A DNA stretch of 64,000 nt, taken from positions 1 to 64,000 of the IMG/VR virus record IMGVR_UViG_3300035162_004754; one strand, 5' to 3'. The notes beneath the pieces are model-generated. The model did no database searches. It was not told the origin of the DNA and saw only the letters and a list, made by a program, of their open reading frames with translations. The stretch comes from a virus. Within the stretch, counting starts at the first letter, position 1, and the number at the start of each line of letters is the position of its first letter. Both the position numbers and the translations under genes were made by a program. This document shows, piece after piece, positions 18,185-27,757 of the stretch.

Positions 18185-18909
18185 CTGTAAAATTTGGATG
18201 TTTTCATACAGTATATGAAAACAAAAAAGCAACTGAGTTTATATTACAAGAGTTTAGAAAATATCATCCAGATGCTCCATATACTATCTGTTGCGATGGT
18301 GGAGTAGACTACTCTGATCTCTGTGAAAAATATAATGTAAATTATGTTCATTCATACATGAGAATTGGTCGAAGAAATGCTGGTGATCCCTCAGGAATTT
18401 ATGGATTCACAAAAGATGAAAGTCTGCATTGGATTCATATGTTTAGAGAAGCTGCTAGACATGTAATGGATAATGGTGGAACACATATGATCATGATGGA
18501 AGATGATGTTCTTACACAAGGTGAAGTAAAAATTAATCCTATTTGGGAATGTGCTGGATTTGAAGTTCCTGAAAATAAAATTTCACCAAAAATGTTAGAA
18601 TTTATTTCTGACAAATATGGAGCAAATCCAAATGTAGATTGGTATGGTGCTGGTGGAGGTAGCATCTATAATATAGAAACCTTCCTCAATAATTATCATA
18701 AAATTTATGATTTTATTGATTTTGATTTTGATAATATTCTTGAAAATATGGATCACAGATTTGGTTGGTTGGATCTTTATATGCAAATTGCATATTTTGT
18801 AATTGGTAAACATTATTCTATTAATACCAATCTCACTGAAGTATGGAAAACTCCAAACTTTCGTGAAAGTGATTTCACTCTTGTTCATGCTTATAAGGAA
18901 TTGTACTAA
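18181..18909 (+). CDS. Putative GT-A glycosyltransferase
   Basis: CDGG and MEDDV (DxD-like); context. Confidence 0.55.
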   Translation: MTVKFGCFHTVYENKKATEFILQEFRKYHPDAPYTICCDGGVDYSDLCEKYNVNYVHSYMRIGRRNAGDPSGIYGFTKDESLHWIHMFREAARHVMDNGGTHMIMMEDDVLTQGEVKINPIWECAGFEVPENKISPKMLEFISDKYGANPNVDWYGAGGGSIYNIETFLNNYHKIYDFIDFDFDNILENMDHRFGWLDLYMQIAYFVIGKHYSINTNLTEVWKTPNFRESDFTLVHAYKELY

Positions 18910-19880
18910 TGAAAATTGGATTTATTGGACCAGGTATTATACCCATTCCTCCTGATGGATGGGGTGCTGTAGAATCTTTAATATGGGAGATTGCATGTGA
19001 ACTTGGAGAAAAAGGTCATGAAGGAATGATCATTAATGATCCTGATTTGGATGAAATTGTAAAAACAGTTCAAGAAAACGATTTTGATTTTATTCATGTT
19101 TTCTATGATGTGTTCTATCCGATAATGGATGCTATTAAAAAAGTTTCTCCCAAATCAGTAACTGCCATTAGTAGTGCATATCCATATGTTGATCAACCTA
19201 ATTTTTATCCTAGAGATGGATATGCTCCTATCTATGAATGGTTTGTAAGTCAGAAAGATCATTATAATTTTTGTCTTTCTGATAAAGATTTGTTGACATA
19301 TAAAAATGGTGGAGCAGATGAATCCAAACTTATTCGTTTAGGTCTTGGTGCTCAACACAAAAATTTCAAATTTGATCTTGAATGTGAGAAGACAAACAAA
19401 ACTTTGTACATGGCAAAAATTGAAATTAGAAAACGTCAGTGGATTTATCAACCAATTGAAAGTATAGATTTTGTTGGTAGGTATTCTTCAACTACAACTT
19501 TTGATAAACTTCATAAAAGTTATATTGGAGAATGGACAACTGAAGAAAAGCATGATAATGTAACTAAGTATGCAAATTTAATGCTTCTATCTGATGGAGA
19601 AAATGGAACACCCTTAGTCATTAAAGAGGCACTTGTTTCTGGTCTTGGTATTGTGTGCTCCAGATATTGTGCATATGATCTCGATACTTCTCTTCCATTT
19701 ATTACAATCATTCCGGATGATAAATTAAATGACCTTGAATATGTTGAGAATGCAATTGAAGAGAATAGAAAGATTTCTATTACTATGCGTAAAGAAATTA
19801 GGGAATATGGTGTAAGTAATTTCTCTTGGGAAAATATTGTCAATCAATATGAAAAAGATATTATTGAAATTATGAAATGA
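18909..19880 (+). CDS. GT4-like glycosyltransferase
   Basis: IPIPPDGWGAVE and SDGENGTPLVIKEALVSGL (EX7E-like). Confidence 0.75.
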   Translation: MKIGFIGPGIIPIPPDGWGAVESLIWEIACELGEKGHEGMIINDPDLDEIVKTVQENDFDFIHVFYDVFYPIMDAIKKVSPKSVTAISSAYPYVDQPNFYPRDGYAPIYEWFVSQKDHYNFCLSDKDLLTYKNGGADESKLIRLGLGAQHKNFKFDLECEKTNKTLYMAKIEIRKRQWIYQPIESIDFVGRYSSTTTFDKLHKSYIGEWTTEEKHDNVTKYANLMLLSDGENGTPLVIKEALVSGLGIVCSRYCAYDLDTSLPFITIIPDDKLNDLEYVENAIEENRKISITMRKEIREYGVSNFSWENIVNQYEKDIIEIMK

Positions 19881-21544
19881 GAATATCAATTATTGGCCCA
19901 AACACTCCCATTCCTCCTAGAGGTTGGGGTGCTGTAGAATCTCTTATTTGGGATTATAAATTATCTTTGGAAAAGTTGGGACATACAGTTCAAATAATAA
20001 ACATTGGGGAACCAATAAAAATTTTGAACATGATTGAGGAGTTCCAACCAGATTTTGTTCATATTAATTATGATGATTGGATTCCTCTATATCCTTATAT
20101 TAGATATCCTTGTGCCATAACAACTCACTTTGCTTACATTGAAAGACCTGAATTAATGGGTCCATATAAGGAAAGAGTTTTTGATGTTTTTACTCAAGTT
20201 AAACCTACAGTCTTTGGATTGTCTGATGGAATCAACAAAGTCTATGAGAATGATTGCAAAATATCTTCGGATAGATTATTTTTAAATCCAAATGGAGTCA
20301 TGTCAGATAACTTTAGAGTAACTGATTCTCCAAAATTTTCTGATAGATCAATCTTTCTTGCAAAAGTTGATTATAGGAAGAGGCAATGCTTCTTTCAATC
20401 AATTGATAGTTTATGGTATGCAGGTAATATTGTAGATCATAGATTTGACCAATCTAAAAACTATCTTGGAGAGTGGGAAAAAGAATATCTTTATGATAAT
20501 CTAACTGACTATGGCAATCTTGTGCTCTTGTCTGATGGTGAGGCACATTCTTTAGTTATTATGGAAGCCTTTGCTGCAGGTCTTGGAGTTGTTGTTAGTG
20601 AATGGGCAACTGCAAATCTTGATATAAGTAAAGAATTTATTACTGTAATTCCTGAAGACAAGGTAAATGATTTAGAATATATTGAGAAAGTAATCATTGA
20701 GAACAGAGAATATTCTGTAAATAATAGAGATGAAATTTTAGAATATTCAAAACAATTTGACTGGACAAACGTAATACAAAATTATTATATGCCTAACATT
20801 GAAACAGTTATTAAAAACAAAAAAACTAAAGTTGCCATATGCTTTATTGGAACTGGCAAGTATCTTAATTTTTTACCAAAATATTATGAGAATATAGAAA
20901 AATATTTTCTTCCAAATTCAATAAAAACTTTCATGGTCTTTACTGATGGTGAACTAGATGGATTGCCTGATAATATAATTAAGTATCAACAAGAACATTT
21001 AAAATGGCCTTTTATTACTTTAAAGAGATTTGAAATTATTGATAAGGCAAGGGACGAGATTTTAAAAAACGATTGGTTGGTCTTTATTGATGCTGATGGT
21101 TTAGTTGTTGATGAAATCAGTGAAGAAGAATTTTTTGATGATGATAAATCTTTCTTTGGAGTTCATCATCCATGTCATTATTTGAAAATGCCAGGGCATC
21201 AAAGTTTTTCTGGATCATTCGAAACTAATCCAAAATCTAGATCTTCTGTTTCTAATGAAGATGATACTTCTACATATTGGCAAGGATGTTTATGGGGTGG
21301 AAAAGTTCCTGATGTTTTTAAACTGATTGATGAAATTAAAACAAGAGTTAATGATGATTTAAAAGATGATATAATTGCAGTATGGCATGATGAAAGTCAT
21401 TTAAATAAATTTTTTATTGAAAATAAAAATAATGTAAATACTTTACCTTCATCCTATGCATACCCAGAAGATTTTTCTTCTCAATGTAATTTTGATCCAA
21501 AAATAGTTCATCTATCAAAAGATAATTCAAAATATCAATTATAA
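19877..21544 (+). CDS. Bifunctional GT4-like + GT6 (ABO-type) glycosyltransferase
   Basis: N-terminal half paralogous to the preceding gene; C-terminal IGTGKY, WPFITLKRF, FIDAD, WHDESHLNK (GT6 signature). Confidence 0.85.
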   Translation: MRISIIGPNTPIPPRGWGAVESLIWDYKLSLEKLGHTVQIINIGEPIKILNMIEEFQPDFVHINYDDWIPLYPYIRYPCAITTHFAYIERPELMGPYKERVFDVFTQVKPTVFGLSDGINKVYENDCKISSDRLFLNPNGVMSDNFRVTDSPKFSDRSIFLAKVDYRKRQCFFQSIDSLWYAGNIVDHRFDQSKNYLGEWEKEYLYDNLTDYGNLVLLSDGEAHSLVIMEAFAAGLGVVVSEWATANLDISKEFITVIPEDKVNDLEYIEKVIIENREYSVNNRDEILEYSKQFDWTNVIQNYYMPNIETVIKNKKTKVAICFIGTGKYLNFLPKYYENIEKYFLPNSIKTFMVFTDGELDGLPDNIIKYQQEHLKWPFITLKRFEIIDKARDEILKNDWLVFIDADGLVVDEISEEEFFDDDKSFFGVHHPCHYLKMPGHQSFSGSFETNPKSRSSVSNEDDTSTYWQGCLWGGKVPDVFKLIDEIKTRVNDDLKDDIIAVWHDESHLNKFFIENKNNVNTLPSSYAYPEDFSSQCNFDPKIVHLSKDNSKYQL

Positions 21545-21548
21545 AAAA

Positions 21549-22397
21549 ATGAAAATCGCAATCTTAGGATCTGCTGGACAGATCGGTGCTTATCTAGAAG
21601 ATTACTTAAAAGAGAAAGGTCATGATGTAATTGGTGTTGATATAGTTGAAGGTCCGCAGAATGATCTTCGTGTAACACCAAACACTTATGTTGAAGGCAT
21701 TATAAAGAATGCTGACTTTGTTTTCTTCTTGGCATTTGATGTTGGTGGATCACATTACCTGAAGAAGTATCAACATACTTTTCAGTTCATTAACAACAAT
21801 ACTCGTATGATGGCAAATACTTTTGCCTTACTTGAGAAGTATCGGAAGAGATTTATATTTGCATCTTCACAGATGAGTAACATGTCTTACTCTCCATATG
21901 GTGTGATGAAGAGAGTTGGTGAACTTCATACCACTGCACTCAAAGGACTTACAGTGAAGTTCTGGAATGTCTATGGTATTGAAAAAGATATGGAGAAGGC
22001 TCATGTCATCACTGATTTCATTCGTAGAGGATTTGAGGAGGGTGAATTTGAGATGATGACTGATGGCACTGAAGAACGTCAGTTCCTCTATGCTGAGGAC
22101 TGTTGTGAGGCACTAGAGACTGTGATGGAAAACTTTACCGACTTCAAACCAGAAGATCCTCTCCATATTACGTCTTTTAGTTCTACTTCGATTAAAGATG
22201 TCGCTTCTATTATTCAGGGACAATTTAATTTGATTGGTAAAACAGTTAATATTAAACCTGGTCTTGCAAAAGATAGTGTTCAGATGGATAAGAGAAACGA
22301 AGCAGACACTTACATTATGGGATGGTGGATACCTAAAACTACTATAGATAGAGGGATTGCAAAAGTTTTTGAGGATATGAAAGGTGATTGGATTTAA
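21549..22397 (+). CDS. NAD-dependent nucleotide-sugar epimerase/reductase
   Basis: GSAGQIG, LAFDVGG, YGVMK. Confidence 0.8.
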   Translation: MKIAILGSAGQIGAYLEDYLKEKGHDVIGVDIVEGPQNDLRVTPNTYVEGIIKNADFVFFLAFDVGGSHYLKKYQHTFQFINNNTRMMANTFALLEKYRKRFIFASSQMSNMSYSPYGVMKRVGELHTTALKGLTVKFWNVYGIEKDMEKAHVITDFIRRGFEEGEFEMMTDGTEERQFLYAEDCCEALETVMENFTDFKPEDPLHITSFSSTSIKDVASIIQGQFNLIGKTVNIKPGLAKDSVQMDKRNEADTYIMGWWIPKTTIDRGIAKVFEDMKGDWI

Positions 22398-23235
22398 TCA
22401 TATTGGAACGATTGGAAGATTTGGCAATCAAATGTTTCAGTATGCAGCACTCAAAGGTATTGCCGCAAATCGAAAGTTTGAATATACAATTCCTCCAGAG
22501 AACTCACAAGTTCAAATTGATAATTATGGATTGCTAGAAGCATTTGAACTTACAGACAATAAAAATATTGGATGGATTGAAACTGAAAATATAATTCAGG
22601 AAAAGCATTTCCATTTTGATGAGGATATATTTAATAAGTGTCCTGACAAAGTAAGTGTTTATGGATTTTTTCAGACGGAAAAATATTTCAAACATATTGA
22701 AGATGAAGTTCGTAAAGATTTTACTTTCAAAAGTAATTGGTTAGATCCTTGTAAAGAGTTTCGTAGTCAGATGGGAGAAGAAGTTATCTTCCTTCATGTT
22801 CGTCGTGGTGATCCTGGACTTGCCGATAAGAGAGGATTTAAATGGGCATACGTAAACCTTGCACATCAACATCCTGTGCAACCTCTTGAGTATTATGAAA
22901 AAGCACTTGCAGAGTTTGATGAAAGTCTTCCTGTAGTTGTATTTTCTGATTCGATTGAGTGGTGTAAGGAGCAAGAGTTCTTTCAGAATGATCGATTTAT
23001 GTTCTCTGAACCAGAAGATACTCATTCAGACGGTGCATTAGTTCCTTATCTTGACATGTGCTTGATGTCTTTGTGTGATCATGCTATTATTGCTAATAGT
23101 TCTATGAGTTGGTGGGGTGCATGGTTGATTCAAAATCCAAACAAAAAAGTAATTGCTCCAAGCATGTGGTTTGGTTCTGATTATGCTGATAAAGATACAA
23201 AAGATTTATATTGCGAGAATTGGAAAGTAATTTAA
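22384..23235 (+). CDS. GT11 alpha-1,2-fucosyltransferase-like protein
   Basis: GRFGNQMFQYA, GFFQTEKYF, HVRRGD, IIANSSMSWWGAWL. Confidence 0.9.
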   Translation: MIGFNHIGTIGRFGNQMFQYAALKGIAANRKFEYTIPPENSQVQIDNYGLLEAFELTDNKNIGWIETENIIQEKHFHFDEDIFNKCPDKVSVYGFFQTEKYFKHIEDEVRKDFTFKSNWLDPCKEFRSQMGEEVIFLHVRRGDPGLADKRGFKWAYVNLAHQHPVQPLEYYEKALAEFDESLPVVVFSDSIEWCKEQEFFQNDRFMFSEPEDTHSDGALVPYLDMCLMSLCDHAIIANSSMSWWGAWLIQNPNKKVIAPSMWFGSDYADKDTKDLYCENWKVI

Positions 23236-24029
23236 TGGATAAAAATAAGGCACTTTATAAACTCAAAAAACTTCCTCCCATATATTATCTAAATCTGGAT
23301 GAGCAACCAGAAAGAAAAGAATATATGGAAGAGCAATTTAAGTATTGGGAGATTGAGAATTATACTCGTATCTCTGCATACGACGGTAGAGATGGTAGAG
23401 ACCTTGGAGATATTCTTAAAGGAAGATATCCAGATAATATGTCCTCTGGTGAGGTTGGATGCACCACGTCTCATTTAAAAGCAATGGTGGAGTTTCTCAA
23501 GACAGATGCTCCATGTGCCTTAGTAATGGAAGATGATTGCGATATTTCTACTGCTGCTCATTGGCCTTTTGAATGGAAAAATTTTTATGCAAAAATTCCT
23601 TATGATTATGATGTAGTCCAACTTGCTGTCATTAATCCTGCATCAGTTCATTTGAGAATACATAAGAGATTTGTGAATGATTTCTCAACTGCATGTTATT
23701 TGATTACACGTCGTCATGCACAAAAACTAATTGACCTTCATGTGAGAGGAGATAAGTATAAGATTGATAATGGAGTCAAACCAAGAGCAGTTGCCGATGA
23801 TTTGATTTATAATTCTGGAAATACTTTTGCTATTCCTTTGTTCTTATATAAACTTGAACTCGGTTCTTCGATTCATAAAGAACATATCGATGTTTTTCAT
23901 AAGTCAAGTTATGAAGGTCTTTGGAATTTTTGGAAGACACAGGCAAATCAAATAGAAGATTGGAACTCTATATTTGACTACGACCCATACTTTAATCGGT
24001 TGCCACCAGAACAAAAAAGTGACGAATAA
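23235..24029 (+). CDS. GT25 glycosyltransferase
   Basis: YLNLD..PERK, RISAYDG, GEVGCTTSH, VMEDD; start moved to ATG 23235. Confidence 0.85.
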   Translation: MDKNKALYKLKKLPPIYYLNLDEQPERKEYMEEQFKYWEIENYTRISAYDGRDGRDLGDILKGRYPDNMSSGEVGCTTSHLKAMVEFLKTDAPCALVMEDDCDISTAAHWPFEWKNFYAKIPYDYDVVQLAVINPASVHLRIHKRFVNDFSTACYLITRRHAQKLIDLHVRGDKYKIDNGVKPRAVADDLIYNSGNTFAIPLFLYKLELGSSIHKEHIDVFHKSSYEGLWNFWKTQANQIEDWNSIFDYDPYFNRLPPEQKSDE

Positions 24030-24042
24030 TACAGAGAGGGGC

Positions 24043-24071
24043 TTGACTCCTCTTTATTTTTGCTATATAAT
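24043..24071 (+). promoter_or_regulatory. sigma70-type promoter for the hli/petF cluster
   Basis: TTGACT-17 nt-TATAAT. Confidence 0.75.
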
Positions 24072-24097
24072 ATGTAAAGATTCATTACAAAAAGTAA

Positions 24098-24316
24098 ATG
24101 ACTGTAACAACCAATGATCGTGGGCAGCAAAATCTATTTGCTAAAGAACCCAGAATGTATGTTTCTCAAATCGATGCAGAACGATATGGTTATGAGACAT
24201 ATGCAGAGAAAGCAGAGAAACTCAATGGTCGCACGGCAATGATTGGATTTGCCGCAGCACTGATTTCTTATGCTACGACTGGTAGTGTTTTCTTTTTCGG
24301 ACTTTTCGGTTTCTGA
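24098..24316 (+). CDS. hli: High-light-inducible protein
   Basis: AEKLNGRTAMIGF motif. Confidence 0.92.
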   Translation: MTVTTNDRGQQNLFAKEPRMYVSQIDAERYGYETYAEKAEKLNGRTAMIGFAAALISYATTGSVFFFGLFGF

Positions 24317-24326
24317 GCACTTGACA

Positions 24327-24413
24327 ATGTATCAAATCTTGTTTACAATGACTAGCATTGCCTTCTTTGTATTGCTGGCATATTCCGTAGAACAATTATC
24401 TGAAACTTACTAA
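24327..24413 (+). CDS. 28-aa single-TM peptide
   Basis: Hand translation [28 protein letters not shown]; TAATG-coupled to petF. Confidence 0.4.
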   Translation: MYQILFTMTSIAFFVLLAYSVEQLSETY

Positions 24414-24706
24414 TGGACTTTAACGTTACCTTCCGTACTCCTGATGGTGCCGAAACAACTATCACCTGTCAGGATGATCAATATCTTCTTGATGCTGCCG
24501 AGGAAGGTGGTATTGATATGAACTACTCTTGCCGTGCAGGAGCCTGTTCATCTTGTGCAGGTAAGATTGTATCGGGTACAGTAGATCAAACTGATCAATC
24601 ATTCTTGGATGACGATCAAATGGAAGAAGGATTTGTGCTTACTTGTGTTGCATATCCAACTTCTGATGTTATAATTGAAACTGAACAAGAAGAGAACCTC
24701 TACTGA
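24413..24706 (+). CDS. petF: Plant-type 2Fe-2S ferredoxin
   Basis: [11 protein letters not shown] ... LTCVAYP. Confidence 0.97.
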   Translation: MDFNVTFRTPDGAETTITCQDDQYLLDAAEEGGIDMNYSCRAGACSSCAGKIVSGTVDQTDQSFLDDDQMEEGFVLTCVAYPTSDVIIETEQEENLY

Positions 24707-25035
24707 TGCACGGAAGTCTTGAACCAGATGAAAGGGTACTTGAACCCGAATCATATAATGTTGAAATGCTGAAAGGCATTTATGAAACAATTGAAAAATT
24801 GGGTTGGGAAGAAACTGATAATGTTGTAGTTGAAGTTGGAGGTACTGTTGTCTCTGGTATTCATCAAGGTGAGAATTACAATAAAAAATGGGCTACACAA
24901 TATGGTACTCGCAAGTACAATAAAGATGCTTTTATTGTGATTAAAAATCTTTCTCGCACACCATTTGAGTCTTCTGAACCTATGGATAGAGATCATAAAC
25001 CTCAACATCCATATGAACCAGTAACGAATGTTTAA
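24706..25035 (+). CDS. Conserved cyanophage hypothetical protein
   Basis: ORF track; coupled to petF. Confidence 0.7.
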   Translation: MHGSLEPDERVLEPESYNVEMLKGIYETIEKLGWEETDNVVVEVGGTVVSGIHQGENYNKKWATQYGTRKYNKDAFIVIKNLSRTPFESSEPMDRDHKPQHPYEPVTNV

Positions 25036-25177
25036 TCCAAATCAACTCTATGACGATATGGAGAGACTAAATGCCCTATACGAAGAACTCTGCTGGGCAC
25101 ATGGTGATGAATTAGTATTCACTCATGAAAATAATAGAGTCATTATTTACAACAAAACACAGGAGCAAGAACAATGA
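25028..25177 (+). CDS. Small hypothetical protein (MFNPNQLYDDMERLNALYEELCW...)
   Basis: Hand-translated 49-aa ORF overlapping both neighbours by a few nt. Confidence 0.6.
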   Translation: MFNPNQLYDDMERLNALYEELCWAHGDELVFTHENNRVIIYNKTQEQEQ

Positions 25178-25281
25178 ACGAAAGAGCAGAACGTATTAAT
25201 GGATGGGCAGCAATGATTGGTGTCATTGCCGCTATGGGTAGTTATGCCCTTACCGGCGATTTAATTCCTGGAGTATGGTGA
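25174..25281 (+). CDS. hli: High-light-inducible protein (35 aa)
   Basis: MNERAERINGWAAMIGVIAAMGSYALTGDLIPGVW; AGGAG RBS; absent from ORF track. Confidence 0.92.
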   Translation: MNERAERINGWAAMIGVIAAMGSYALTGDLIPGVW

Positions 25282-25282
25282 G

Positions 25283-25405
25283 ATGATGTTATTAGCAACC
25301 TTTTTGTTGGGTGCTTTTATAATTAACGACATATTTAATGAAGATATTGATGACGATGACCATTTTGATGGTGGTATGTTGATACCGGCACAAAACCCAA
25401 TCTAA
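25283..25405 (+). CDS. Small membrane peptide with acidic DDDD...GGM tail
   Basis: Hand-translated 40-aa ORF. Confidence 0.5.
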   Translation: MMLLATFLLGAFIINDIFNEDIDDDDHFDGGMLIPAQNPI

Positions 25406-25413
25406 AATAGACA

Positions 25414-25452
25414 AAAAAGACTTTACTCTATATACTGAGTAGAGTCTTTTTT
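25414..25452. terminator. Bidirectional intrinsic terminator
   Basis: A6-GACTTTACTC...GAGTAGAGTC-T run. Confidence 0.7.
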
Positions 25453-25457
25453 ATTAT

Positions 25458-25619
25458 ATGCCAAAGAATCAATTGAATAAGGATGAACTTATATGTCATG
25501 TTCTTAAACTTAAGCATGAAGTTGATACAGAATCGAAATCAGTTTGGCAGAAAGAAAAAGACCTAGCACACAAGTATCTAAATCGAGTACTGGATCGGAT
25601 TCAAGAGTATCGATACTAG
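25458..25619 (+). CDS. Small hypothetical protein (MPKNQLNKDEL...)
   Basis: Hand-translated 53-aa ORF. Confidence 0.6.
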   Translation: MPKNQLNKDELICHVLKLKHEVDTESKSVWQKEKDLAHKYLNRVLDRIQEYRY

Positions 25620-25628
25620 ACACGGGGC

Positions 25629-25662
25629 TTGACAGGGGAGGAAAACCGTAGTATACTAAATA
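25629..25662 (+). promoter_or_regulatory. psbA promoter (sigma70-type with overlapping late-like element)
   Basis: TTGACA-17 nt-TATACT overlapping CTAAATA. Confidence 0.75.
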
Positions 25663-25716
25663 AGTCAGTAAGTCAAGAAACGAACACATTTCTTAACTGT
25701 TCTTAACACCCCGCAA

Positions 25717-25810
25717 ACCAAGACCTCTAGGGTGTCTAAACACGTCTTTCATATCCCAGACTTAGGGTGTCTGGGAAATAGTAACTCCACCATTCCCTGA
25801 TGGTCTTACT
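25717..25810 (+). ncRNA. PhotoRC-II-type structured psbA leader RNA
   Basis: Two TAGGGTG loops, TCCCAGAC/GTCTGGGA stem, ACCAT-TCCCTG-ATGGT hairpin directly upstream of psbA. Confidence 0.7.
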
Positions 25811-25825
25811 TTTTCGTACAAAACA

Positions 25826-27114
25826 ATGGCTACAACTCTTTCAAGACAACAAACCTCTCCGTGGAATGATTTCTGCGAGTGGGTAACATCAACTAACAAT
25901 CGTTTGTATGTTGGTTGGTTCGGTGTATTGATGATCCCAACACTGTTAGCAGCAACTGTCTGCTTCATTGTCGCATTCATCGCAGCACCACCCGTCGATA
26001 TTGACGGTATCCGTGAACCCGTAGCAGGTTCACTCATGTATGGCAACAACATCATTTCTGGTGCAGTTGTCCCAAGTTCAAATGCAATCGGTCTCCACTT
26101 CTACCCCATTTGGGAAGCAGCATCTTTGGATGAGTGGCTTTACAATGGTGGTCCTTTCCAACTGGTAGTCTTCCACTTCCTTATCGGCATCTATGCTTAT
26201 ATGGGACGTGAGTGGGAACTTTCTTACCGTTTAGGTATGCGTCCATGGATCTGTGTTGCCTACTCGGCACCAGTCGCTGCTGCGAGTGCAGTATTCCTCG
26301 TCTATCCTTTCGGTCAAGGTTCTTTCTCTGATGCGATGCCTCTTGGTATTTCTGGTACTTTTAACTACATGCTTGTATTCCAGGCAGAACACAATATCCT
26401 TATGCACCCGTTCCACATGCTCGGTGTTGCTGGGGTATTCGGTGGATCTCTGTTCTCTGCTATGCATGGAAGTCTGGTTACATCTTCACTCGTCCGTGAG
26501 ACGACTGAAACTGAGTCCCAGAACTATGGTTATAAGTTCGGTCAAGAAGAAGAGACCTATAACATCGTCGCAGCCCATGGTTACTTCGGTCGTTTGATCT
26601 TCCAATATGCTTCATTCAACAACTCACGTTCCTTGCACTTCTTCCTTGCTGCATGGCCCGTTGTTGGCATCTGGTTCACCGCACTTGGTGTTTCTACGAT
26701 GGCTTTCAATTTAAATGGTTTCAACTTTAATCAGTCCATCCTTGATGGTCAGGGTCGTGTGCTCAACACATGGGCAGACGTATTGAACCGTGCCGGTCTT
26801 GGAATGGAAGTTATGCATGAGCGTCAAGTTGTGCTTTGCGCTCTTTAAATCGGATGAATTGCTGGAAACCCCAAGTGGGCAATCAGCAGCCAAGTCCTGG
26901 ATACATCCAGGAAAGGTTCAGAGACTACCTGAGGAATACAGTTTCCTTAATAACAGGTTCAAGCGTCCGACACCAGAAATGGTGATGATATAGTCCAATC
27001 CTGATAGCAATATCAGATAGTTAGGGAAAGTTTAAGAATGCACACAACTTCCCTCTTGACCTGGCATCAGCAGAATCTACTCCTGTAGCACTTACTGCTC
27101 CTTCCATCGGTTGA
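25826..27114 (+). CDS. psbA: Photosystem II D1 protein; spliced, exon 1 25826-26824, exon 2 27037-27114 (358 aa)
   Basis: D1 sequence up to EVMHER, resuming after the intron with [25 protein letters not shown]. Confidence 0.98.
26825..27036 (+). mobile_element. Group I intron in psbA (212 nt, no ORF)
   Basis: Exon ends in T, intron ends in G; P1 GAGCGT/GCGCTC with U.G pair; core elements AATTGCTGGAAA, AATCAGCAG, TTCAGAGACTA, GATATAGTCC; same position and length as the S-PM2 psbA intron. Confidence 0.95.
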
Positions 27115-27141
27115 GTTAGTTAGAAAAACTGAATAACAAGA

Positions 27142-27166
27142 AAGAGACCTTTAGGTCTCTTTTTTT
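27142..27166 (+). terminator. psbA terminator
   Basis: AAGAGACC-TTTA-GGTCTCTT followed by T run. Confidence 0.8.
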
Positions 27167-27210
27167 ATGCTATAATGTATAAATAGTTATACACGAAAGA
27201 AAGCACGAAA

Positions 27211-27639
27211 ATGACTAAATTGTATTCTGACCTTTATAGAACTTGCATGACTTGTGGGGAAGAAAAAAGTATTCTTGAATTTTATTTTCGTGATAAAAAA
27301 ACTGGTAGAAGACACTCTGCATGTAAAGAATGTGATAAAGCAAGAATAAGGGCAAGACATCAAGCAAACCCAGAACGCACAAGAAATAATGATCTGAAAA
27401 GAAAATATGGTATAACACTTCAAGAACATACTAAAATGTTTGAAGAACAAAATGGTGTTTGTGCTATTTGTAAAGGAGAAGGTGATGGTAAATGGAAAAA
27501 ACTATGTGTTGATCACGATCATAAAACGGGAAAGGTTCGCAAACTCCTTTGCAGAAACTGTAATGTGGTGTTAGGACAGGTTGGAGACAATACCCACACC
27601 CTTCAAAGTATGATTAACTACTTAAGTATAAACTCGTAG
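27211..27639 (+). CDS. Free-standing homing endonuclease, F-CphI homolog (Endonuclease VII family)
   Basis: MTKLYSDLYRTCMTC start, YGIT...Q.G.CAIC, VDHDH.TG.VR.LLC..CN; TATAAATA at 27178-27185. Confidence 0.92.
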   Translation: MTKLYSDLYRTCMTCGEEKSILEFYFRDKKTGRRHSACKECDKARIRARHQANPERTRNNDLKRKYGITLQEHTKMFEEQNGVCAICKGEGDGKWKKLCVDHDHKTGKVRKLLCRNCNVVLGQVGDNTHTLQSMINYLSINS

Positions 27640-27757
27640 GCATAAATTTTTGTTTCCTAATTGTATTGATTTCCACACAAATGCTCTAAATAATGATAGA
27701 ATTGGGGAGTTGAGAAAAGTGTAACTAAGTCGATTTTTATTATGAGCAAACTTATTC

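Noticed and set aside
24073-24089. Possible NtcA site upstream of hli (TGTA...TACA)
   Set aside because: Spacing is GTA-N9-TAC, not the required N8.
26825-26993. psbA as a truncated pseudogene ending QVVLCAL, and ORF 26790..26993
   Set aside because: Explained by the group I intron; exon 2 restores the D1 C-terminus.
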